The notes beneath the pieces are model-generated. The model ran no database searches. It saw nothing but the letters and a program-made list of their open reading frames with translations, and was not told where the DNA came from. Made by a program: the position numbers and the translations under genes. Shown here one piece after another: positions 54,678-64,000 of a stretch of DNA of 64,000 nucleotides (its first letter is position 1; every line of letters starts with the position of its first letter). Source of the stretch: Macrostomum lignano (taxonomy: Eukaryota); assembly GCA_002269645.1 (NCBI GenBank), contig NIVC01001853.1, forward strand, positions 1 through 64,000, given 5' to 3'.

Positions 54678-56809
54678 AGTGTAAGCAAAGCAATGCATTC
54701 AATTTGGCATAATTTGGTATATAAGACACACACTAGTATAACAACATAACATAATAATCAAGATACAAGTAATAAGTCTTTGAAGTTTAGGAATATTTAC
54801 CTTTGGGCTTTGTAGTAGTTTCTGTGAAATAGATATTTTTTAGCATTATCAATTTAATCAGACAAATAACAAAATGCCTATTTGTCCGGTATTAACTGGA
54901 TGAATAGGAAAGCATGGTCATTATCTAGTCACTGGACAAATAACAATTGCCTATTAGAAATATACTGGTTGTCTTAAAGTGAATTCTTTACATGTAAAAT
55001 TAAAAACTATAGTTCATGTAAAGTTTTGTTTGCATCTAAAATCTGTACAATCTATACTACAAAATCTCTCACCAGATTGTCTATTGCCAATTTGACTATC
55101 ACCAGATTGTTTGTCACTAGATTCTCTTGTTACCAGATTGACTAGAAGTCATGCTATGCTGTCAAACAGAAAAAGTCATAGGCATAATTATTTACTGACA
55201 GGTTGTAGTAGGCCTAGCCATTAAGGCTACAGAATAAGTGAATAACATTGCAATTTTTAGTTAATCTATTCTCAGTTCTTTGCTTGTTATTGGAAAGAGT
55301 AGGCCCTATCTTTCCAGTAAGTCTGACGACAACGATCACCATTTTTTGCGCCATTTCTTTCAATTCGTATTGGTGCCAGAGTTAGAAATATAGTATGCTT
55401 TTGTATGTATACTATTAAAATATTAAAGTTTTATTATATTATTGTAATAAACTTATTGCAATACTGTAAAACTGAATCCTAAATCCGAAAGAATATTTGT
55501 TTGAAATGATTTCGTTTACAATAAATAAGATTTTAAATTTGAACACGCAGCGTTTGTGTTCATAGTACACACTTTATCGGCGGAGATCATATAAACACAC
55601 AAATGTACACACGAGTATAGACTAAAACGGCCCAATTATGTGGTCATCACACGCAAACATGCATAGATGAGATAAAAATTGAAAAGGAATGATGGATTAA
55701 TGTTGTATTAACATGTATATTGCATGTAAAGTCTGACACATTTTTCTGACAAAATCTGACTTTGGCCCTCCGGAGGAATGAAGCTAGAATAATACGTATG
55801 TGCATGAATATTTTAACAATAATTCTAGATAATTTACATGAGGCATACAAAAACAGATTTTCTGCAGCTTTTATTGATGTCGCACAGTGCACGGCGGTAA
55901 TTATAAAAACATATGTGATTATTTTTCATCTACATACCCTGCATATATCAACAACGCTTATCGGACTTTAGAAAAATGCTGAAAAGTACTTTTAGCAGCA
56001 ACAGCCAATTAATGAATGAAATTGATGGGTTCGGCCTTTTAAGCCTATAGCTTTGGGCCTCAGAACTCAGAAATGAATCACTTAGAACTCTGGCCTCTCA
56101 CTTCTGTCAGATGGTCAGCCCCATGTTAGCTAGATTGTGGGCGAGCAGCAAGGTCCTACAGCTAAGAGGAGACAGCGAGAGACAAGCAGGGAGAATTTGA
56201 AAGGTAAGAGATTAGCTAATCCGCAGATTAACTAACCCACTAGCTGCCACCAGTCCGTGCGCCCCGGCTCACCAAACCGGAGCTATCGAAATCGGACTTC
56301 CGACTAGAGGGACACTGCACTTTCCTGCCACCTAGTGTCTTTTAGCTGTCTAAATCTCGAAGTCATAGCCGAATAGAAGGGACGCTGCTGGGACTAAGAT
56401 CGCATTGGCCATGCAGGGACAGAGAGGACTTCTTGCAGGGGGTTCTTGCGCTGGCGAGCCTCTATACACTACTAAAAATGTACTATTTCATTACCAAATT
56501 CCCAGAAGTACATGTATCAGTACACGTGACTGCACGCTTTTATCACTAATTTAACACGTCGCCAGATAGCGATGATGTAGGTGCATTGTCACTTTCGGAG
56601 ATCTTTAGACTAACATTTAACTCGTTTTAGCCGCTTAGCTGCCTGAGACCGCGCGAAAGCACCAGTCTGGCACTTAATTTGCATGCTTATCATGTTTTCT
56701 TAGATCGACTGATTGACTGGGAACTGTGCCGCTTCCGGTCCACTGTGACCCCTGCCCCTAGATCTAGCTGCTCATCTCAGCTGGCATTGCGAAAAAGAAA
56801 GAAAATGTA

Positions 56810-57541
56810 CAGGGTGGCCCACGTACAACGCGCCTGAGATTTAAAATGTTATTTACTTTTTTCATTAGCAAGTTAAAGTTACACACACGCACACACACAA
56901 GCGGAGGTCCTAGGTCGACTGTTAAGAAAGCAAGCTGCAGCATGCCGCATTCACTTTGCTTTCTGTGACGCAAGCGCATACACACGCACGCAACTTTAAT
57001 CCTGCATTTTCTAACCTCAATTTCATTTTTCTTCAGCTAAAAGAGATGGCATATTCAGTTACTGAAAGGGTGCGGTGTGCCGCGTGGTTCGAGTGGACAA
57101 GGAGTGTGGTGGAGGTGCAGCGAAAGTTCCATACCGAGTATGGCAAAAACACTGCAGCGCCGGACGGCCACAGCATTCGGCGGTGGCACGATAGACTTCT
57201 GACCACTGGCAGTGTGCAAGATGCGAAACGCTATCGGCCACGGTCCAGCAGGACGGACGAAAACGTACAGCTGACGGTGCAGCACTTTCACGAGGGTACC
57301 CCATTCGTCGACACGCCGCGCAGCACTCACCTCAACATGAGCCGTAGCACCGTCCAGCGCATCCTGCACGGCTTTAGATGCAGGTGGTGCGGGCGTTGCA
57401 CGAGGAGGATTTGGAGAATAGCCTAGAGTTTGCACAGCAAGAGCTGGCAACGTTGTATTAAAATTTTGTCAATATTGGTAGCGAATGAAAAAAGTTATTT
57501 AATTAACGCATTAAATCAGGCGCATTACGTGGGCCACCCTG
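56810..57541 (+). mobile_element. Internally deleted Tc1/mariner element (732 bp) encoding only the N-terminal HTH part of the transposase (ATG 57046)
   Basis: TIRs CAGGGTGGCCCACGTA.. at both ends with TA at 56808-56809 and 57542-57543; MAYSVTERVRCAAWF..VQRKF..SIRRW..TTGSV..GRP-like..MSRSTVQRIL; no DD(D/E) domain; frameshift near 57300. Confidence 0.9.
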
Positions 57542-57755
57542 TATTTCAATAGAGATAGCACGACAACAATTATTATTGCCTGCATGCGCACAAACTGCCT
57601 GCTGCATGCACGACAATTGCCTGCGTGACAAACTGCCTGCACGTGGATGCGCGCCTTCCTCGATCATGCGGCGGATACTCGTAGTCCGACGGTGGCAGCG
57701 GACACGCGCGCCGAACGTGCAGAAGACCAAAGTACATGTAGGTAATTTGGGTTAA

Positions 57756-58654
57756 GACGGAATATTAAATGGTGAGCAATGAAGGAGACCAGGCTGACGA
57801 CAATACCCAAGGGCAGGGCAGCAGAGGAAGAATATCTTAACAAGACGCGGCCGACGGGCAGTTAGGGCTGCTTAATTGGCGCGGTGGTTGTCGGATGGTC
57901 ACGGCGGCGACTTAGCTGTTCCAGACAGTCGCTGAGACTGCACAATGCAGAGACTGCACAATAAGTTGCACAATGCAGAGACATTAGGATCATGATTTCT
58001 CATTGAGCATGGCCATGCACCACTAACTAGTCTTTCCTTACTCATCGTTTGCGACTTCCACTATAACACCCACAAAAATCCGAGAGTTCGATCGCCCGTG
58101 TGATGTACTGCAGTCGCCGCCGTGACCATCCGACGATCACTACGCTAATTAAGCAGCCCTGCCCGTCGGCCGCGTCTGTTAAGACATTCTTCAATCCTCT
58201 GTTCTCTTCTTCTTCTTCTTCCACCTTTTTTTCGCCTCCCGGCGTAGGTGGCACCCTGTGTCACGGACGTTTCCTCTTCTTCTGTTACTCGCCGCATGCT
58301 CTCTCGTGCCGTGCCATGTTGGTTGCTGACAGCCATCTCTTACAGTATCGACATTCTGCTCTCTTCCTTTTGTGGATCCTTGCTATCGTTCTCGCCGCTT
58401 CGTCGTTCGTCCTCGGTCCTTCCCTTGCATGGGGCTCCTCCGCGCACTTCTTCCTGTGTCTTGCGTAGTTAGTCTTACTGATCCACGTTTTACAGTTGTT
58501 ACACTTTCTTCTTGTGCCTTCCGTCCTGCCTCCCGTGCACCATTTCTCGTGATTCTTTCTTGTCGCTTCCGTTTCAATCCTCTGTTGCGCTGCCCTTGGG
58601 TATCGACGTCGTCATCCTGGTCTCCCCCAATGCTCACAATCTATATATTCCGTC
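57756..58654. repeat. Tail-to-tail inverted pair of one repeat family: deleted copy A (+, 57756-57912) and longer copy B (-, 58654-58112)
   Basis: GACGGAATAT..GTGAGCA..GGAGACCAGG.TGACGAC..ATACCCAAGGGCAG matches the reverse complement of 58580-58654; TCTTAACA..CGCGGCCGACGGGCAG..GGCTGCTTAATT..GTCGGATGGTCACGGCGGCGACT matches the reverse complement of 58112-58186. Confidence 0.75.
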
Positions 58655-59097
58655 ATGACTCATAATATATTCGTAACCTATTATCTCCGTTCTAAAAATT
58701 AACTCAACGCGCAGATAGGCGAACAATAAAGTCTTAGGGAACGAGGCCTGGTGGCTACTATACCTTTAACAGCACCAGAACCTTGGGGTTGTATATGTGT
58801 TTTTATGCAGCCTAGGGAATGTCAATTAAATAATTACATCATCTAGTAATTATTCTCCATTAGGCTTCTCCGTCTAAAACAACATCTGAGTTTGCCCCGT
58901 GTTGCCCACCTTCTTTCTTCTCCCGCCGCGCCTGGCGACAGAGGCCGCAATGAGACCTAGCTCGTAAATTATTAATGATGCCACTATTTGCGAAATATGC
59001 ACACACACACGCAAGCATAAAAGCTAAAACAGCTACCACACAAAAAATGCGCAGATGAGATAGAAAAAAACGATTAATGTTAGCCCAGCTGCAGGTA

Positions 59098-59245
59098 ACT
59101 GGCGCCCCTTGGTGCTGGCGCCCCTTGGTGCTGGCGCCCCTTGGTGCTGGCGCCCCTTGGTGCTGGCGCCCCTTGGTGCTGGCGCCCCTTGGTGCTGGCG
59201 CCCCTTGGTGCTGGCGCCCCTTGGTGCTGGCGCCCCTTGGTGCTG
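59098..59245. repeat. Perfect 16-bp tandem TGCTGGCGCCCCTTGG, about 9 copies
   Basis: Direct reading; no spacers. Confidence 0.95.
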
Positions 59246-61351
59246 TGCTCTCGAATCCGCCTGTAAGTTTTTTGTTGAAAATTATTAAAATTTGCCTTAG
59301 TAATTAAGCTAGGTTGTTTGTTTTTATATATTCAGCTGCATGTATGTAAACCTCATCAGTATTTACCTAGATGAACTCAAGATTACAGTTATGTCGGGCA
59401 AAATTAAATTTAATAATGTAGAACCACTTTAAATGTTATCGCAACCCTCAAAACAATCGCCATCGATAATCTTGCTCATCAGCAGCAGATTCGCAAATAG
59501 TTTGCCTTTGCAGATAATGAAGAAGAGTGGCTCCGCAGTTTAGGAGAGCTCGCGGAGTAGACAGGGCAGATCAGACAGCCAGCCTAGCAGAGTGGCGCCT
59601 TGGCGCAATAGCAGTCCTCGATCGATGTAGCTCGTATGAGCTATGATCAACTACTCTCCGCGCCAGCTTTACTCGTATTTGCGGACCATCGCATGACAAA
59701 TGAGTCCTCAGTGTGCATGGTTGTCTTTCGTGCTTTCCACTCTGGATCTTTCTTTCTTTTGAGGGGAACAACTGTAAGCCCGGAAGACTTTTCCCTCCGC
59801 GTACACTCTCTCTCCCTCTGTCCACGTTCGTGGGGAAGGGGGTGTTGCTTGACTCGCGTGCATCCCCTTTCTGCTGCTCTTGTATCGTCGACTCCTTCGA
59901 TCAGACTTTAAATATGGCTGCCGTTACGTACCTAGCCTGCCTTACCTCTGTTCCGCTCCTGCGGAGCTCCTCGCCTGATCTTGCTAATTATAATTCCTTC
60001 AGTCTGACCAGCGTAACTTCCACGACTATGCTTTAAACTGATTTTGCTTAGCATTCCTTTTTAATAAGACTATATATGGAGATTTTCTGAATTGACATGC
60101 CAATATTGTCAGTCCTAAGAATTCAGTGCTTCGGACAAAGATTCGTTATTATATGATAAAAATACAGCATTATAGCATATAGCAATGCCTCGACCTTTCC
60201 GTCCTGTAGCATCTTCGTTCATCTCTCATTTCTCCGTCTCTCTTCTCCACTTTCTCTTATCACCCTTCATAATATCACCTCTAATAATCTCTCCAGTAGT
60301 AGGCATGAGGGGGCTTCTGGGTTTTTTACTTCTCCATAAATTGCCCATAAATGGCCCAATATTTTTATCTCTATTATTCTCAAAGAAATCGATGAAAAGG
60401 GGCCAACTTATTTTATAATTATTTCTTTATTCTTATTCTTTATTCTTCTTCTTTATTTCTTAATTCTTAATTGTTGTCGGGCGTAATAATCTGGCGTTGA
60501 TGTGCTTCATTCTTATAACTGTAGAGATTTTCTCCAAACTTAGAAGTTTCTCCAAAGTTTAGAAGTTACCATTTATCTGGGTGCTGACTTCTAAACTGGG
60601 TAATAGTCCAGTGAGGATTGAGCAAGTACGAGTAGTGAGTATAAGTAGCATGTAAGCATTTTTTATGGTTAAAATGACGTTGTTAATTTTTGGATTTCTT
60701 TGGGAATAATGGATTTACGCTCGTAGAATTCATGGGATGATGAAGGAAGAATTTCGAAACAATTCGACCCCCTATTTATCGATTTCTTTGGGAATAATTA
60801 GATAGAATTAATGTGGTTATAGAGAAAGTGAAGAATACAATCCTGAAAGTAATTTAACTGTTGATTAAGCCAATGGCAGGCAAAAGTAATATTTTGGAAG
60901 ATTTTTAAACAATTTCAAGCCCTTTTTATCAATTTATTGGGGAATAATATAGATTGAAATAATGCGGTTATGAGGAAAGTGAAAAAAATTTCCCCAGAAG
61001 CGACCTCAAGTCTACGACCCTCTTCTTCACTCTCTCCTTTCTCCCCCATCATACCTCATCTCCTTTCCCTCTCCATTCTCTCTCTGACCTCTCTGACCTC
61101 TCTGTCCTCTAAAAACTCTCACCACTACCTTATCCACTTCCCATACTTCAGTATACGTTCTCAAAAATAATTTTCTACCAGAGTTTTGTCCGACAAAACA
61201 GCCTAATGCCTAATTAGTTAAAAATAACAGAGAAACCTTCGTATGACTGCAAATGCTTATCGTAATATTTTCAATCCCTCAGACCTACAAGAGATTAAGA
61301 AACACAGAGGCTATTATTTGTATTCCAGCCAGCAGCATCAACCGGAAACAG

Positions 61352-62990
61352 ATGAGCCAAACTGAAAGCGCTTACGAAGCCGTGAAGGCTGAAGACATTC
61401 AAGCACTGCAGCTTCATCTACTGCTGCAGCAACTCCTACAGCTGCAGCAAAACGATAAAGAAACAACAAATTTTTGTGAGAAATGTTTGCAATTTGCTGT
61501 CAAGGAGTGTCAGTGGGATGTGGTGAAGTTTCTTGTGCAGAAAGTTCCTGACCAAAAAATCAGAGATCAGTGCTGCATGGAGGCAGTGAAACAAGTTGCA
61601 ATCAATTATCACTCAAGATGGGAAACGTTTCTGATGCCGGTAGTCCCTGGACAAAAAAGCAGAGCTCCGCGCGTCATTCAGGCCGAAACAGAAGCTGCAA
61701 TATTTAGGAAGTTAGAATTGTTGAAGTTTCTGGTGCAAACCATCGCTGACCAAAGAAACAGAGATCAGTGCTGCATAGAAAGAGTTGAATCTTCTGCAGA
61801 CCGTGGTCAGTGGGAAGTTGTGAAGTTTCTGGTGCTAACAGTTGCAGACCAAACAAAAAGAGACCAGTGCTGCATGGAAGCAGCAAAATCTGCCGCAAGA
61901 AATGGTCAGTGGGAAGTGGTGAAGTTCCTGGCGCAAACAGTCGCTGACCGAACAAACAGAGATCAGTGCTGCATGGAAGCAGCGCGATCTGCTGCATTAG
62001 ACGATCAATGGGACGTTGTGAAGTTCCTGGCGCACACAGTCGCAGACCAAACAAACAGAGATCACTGCTGCATGGAGACAGCGGAAAATGCTGCAATCGA
62101 GGGTCAGTTAGAAGTGGTTAAGTTTCTAGTGCACACAGTCGCTGATCAAGCAAACCGTGATCAGTGCTGCATCAAGGCTGCGCGATCTGCTGCATGGCAA
62201 GGTCAGTTAAAAGTGGTAAATTTTCTGGTGCAGATAGTTGCTGACCAAACAAAAAGACACCAGTGCTGGATGGAGGCAGCAAAATCTGCTGCAGAAAATG
62301 GTAAGTTAGAAGTGGTGAAGTTTTTGGTGGCGACAGTCGCTGACAAAATAAACAGATATCACTGCTGTACAGAGGTAGCGAGATGTGCTTCAGGTCCGGA
62401 TCAGAGAGCGAATCTCCGTTTCCAATGCGCAGTCGCGGCTTGCCCTTGTCTTCGCGAAGATGTCGTTGCCTCCGTCGGCCTCGAGCCCGACTGGCTCTTC
62501 CAATCCAGCACCATCCTCAGTTTTCCTGCAGCAATGGCCATCGAAGGCAGGAACTCTGTTCTCAACGACACCCTCTCTCGAATGCAGCCAGCTCGCATCA
62601 CACAGCTGCTCCGTCTCTCCATCCCCAAAGACACGTCGCTCTTGCTGTCACACTGATCAATGATGAGCGAGTCAGCACAGAGCATGTCGATCTGCCAGAC
62701 CGCACTGGAGCCACTGCTCTCATGCTGGCAGCTGATGCAGGTCATCACGAGCTCATTGAGAAACTCATCGATCTCGGTGCGTCAGTGCGTGCTGAAGATA
62801 GTCAGGGTCGGACTGCTCTGTCACGAGCGTGCGAAGCCGGTCACGTGCTCGCCGAGCAGCCAAGGCTCTCATCGACAATGGAGCCGATGCCAGCTATCGA
62901 GACAGTCAGGGCCTCACGTGTGCGCAGGTGGCACAGCGATTTGAGCGGCGGCAGGTGCTGCGGCTGCTGGATCTCAGTGGAGCGGGGTGA
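61352..62990 (+). CDS. Ankyrin-repeat protein: array of 33-aa Cys-Cys ankyrin-like repeats, a linker and canonical ankyrins; frameshifts near 62625 and 62850
   Basis: Repeats such as CCMEAAKSAARNGQWEVVKFLAQTVADRTNRDQ fit the ankyrin LAA..G..EVVK.L pattern; C-terminal DRTGATALMLAADAGHHELIEKLIDLGASV and DSQGRTALSRACEAGHV are canonical ankyrins. The reading frame is open upstream to 61253; a GTGAGT donor at 62987 overlaps the stop. Confidence 0.82.
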
Positions 62991-63105
62991 GTTCTTGCTT
63001 GGATTTACGCTCGTACTTTTATTTATTCTTTAGATTTTTACGACGCTGCAAAAGATAAAGGAAGTAAACATCGAATCTTTTAGCTTCCAGAGTTTATAAA
63101 CAATG

Positions 63106-63296
63106 GGCCGTATGCAGAAAGCTCTGTCTAGGGTAGTCCGGTCTTGAAAAGCTAGTCTGGACTTGGATTTGGTATGCAGAAACACAGAGTTAGACCGGTC
63201 TACTATAGCAGAACTAGGGTAGCTGGACCATAGACCATAGACTGAACTACCCAAGTCCGGACTAGCTAGTCTGGACTAAGCTTTCTGCATACGGCC
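63106..63296. mobile_element. PIF/Harbinger-like (Tourist-type) MITE, 191 bp
   Basis: Perfect 18-bp TIR GGCCGTATGCAGAAAGCT / AGCTTTCTGCATACGGCC; 3-bp TSD ATG at 63103-63105 and 63297-63299; internal AGTCTGGACT/AGTCCGGACT palindromes. Confidence 0.8.
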
Positions 63297-63494
63297 ATGG
63301 ACTTCTATACTTGGCATCTGGACTGGAAGCGAAAAAATTACCGCAAAAAAAATTACCACATGAGGCCAATTGTTTCCATAGATATGCATTTATCAAAACT
63401 GCTGCGGCTTATATCGAATACAACTAAACTCACTTTCTTCATTTGACTCTGCATAATGAAAGCATATCCTTCGTTATGGTGAAGGATATTCGTT

Positions 63495-64000
63495 ATGTGT
63501 TCGGCATTCGGCTGCAGGAGTGGCTTCGCAAATAGTTCGACACCAGACAGGACTGTGACGTTTCATTGTTATCCACTTAACAAGCCGAGTCTACTGGAAA
63601 TATGGAACAAGGCGAATCCGAGGAAGGACTTTGAACCCACCAAGTATACTCTCGCATCTGCTCACTGCATTTCACATCTGAGGACTTCGTTGAGTCAACA
63701 CAAGACAACAATTTCACTCGCAAAGCGAAGAAAGGCCAGCTGGCTAAGCGTTATCTGAGACAAGATGCGGTGCCAACTATTTTTCCAAACGCACCATCAT
63801 GCCTTTCCTCTGTCCGCCCAGCAGCTCGGATCACATGCACTGCGACATCATCTGCGCGGATGGAGGCGGAAAACAGGCGCCTGGATGATCAGATTTCCGA
63901 CTTCTTTGCCACTGATTCAATTATCGATTGCTCGCCACGAGAAATTCAAGAACTGCTAGATTCTGAGGGGACGAGGCCAGATGGGTTTCAAACTGCAATT
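63495..64000 (+). CDS. THAP zinc-finger protein N-terminus, probably a P-element/THAP9-type transposase; runs off the window; 2-bp insertion near 63650
   Basis: CSAFGC..FHCYP..W..NP..(shift) TRICSLHFTSEDF..YLRQDAVPTIFP gives the C2CH THAP signature and AVPTIF box, followed by a charged helical segment. Confidence 0.78.

Noticed and set aside
56260-56480. GC-richer segment with a GACACT/AGTGTC stem, considered as ncRNA
   Set aside because: Only a short stem; no match to any snRNA, SL RNA or SRP sequence I can recall.
59098-59245. Perfect short repeats considered as CRISPR
   Set aside because: No spacers, no cas genes, eukaryotic context.

Overview
Eukaryotic (animal) genomic DNA with GC-rich exons and introns/intergenic DNA packed with mini- and microsatellites; the style resembles the flatworm Macrostomum lignano (inference only). 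Host genes: the last exon of a PHTF homolog, a 3-exon uracil-DNA glycosylase (UNG), a 4-exon TMEM26-like gene whose terminal exon and 3' flank are duplicated about 10 kb downstream, a PWWP + integrase-binding-domain gene (PSIP1/LEDGF-HDGFL2 family), two oppositely oriented paralogs of an ankyrin protein with 33-aa Cys-Cys repeats, and the start of a THAP-domain ORF at the right edge. Mobile DNA is dense and nested: two decayed Ty3/Gypsy elements, an internally deleted Ginger1-type element (TGT..ACA ends), a 5'-truncated Penelope-like insert with a GIY-YIG ORF and a minimal hammerhead motif, a composite hAT element with an 8-bp TSD, a deleted Tc1/mariner, a Harbinger-like MITE, a 3-copy MITE family and two tRNA-derived SINEs. 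Several genes carry 1-bp frameshifts in C-runs that look like long-read assembly errors. No rRNA, genuine tRNA or CRISPR array was found. Best leads: the DARPin-like hypervariable ankyrin repeats, the Ginger element, the PLE hammerhead, the UNG lacking its leucine finger, and the possible alternative terminal exon of TMEM26. All alignments were made by eye and family assignments from recalled sequences; no database search was run.
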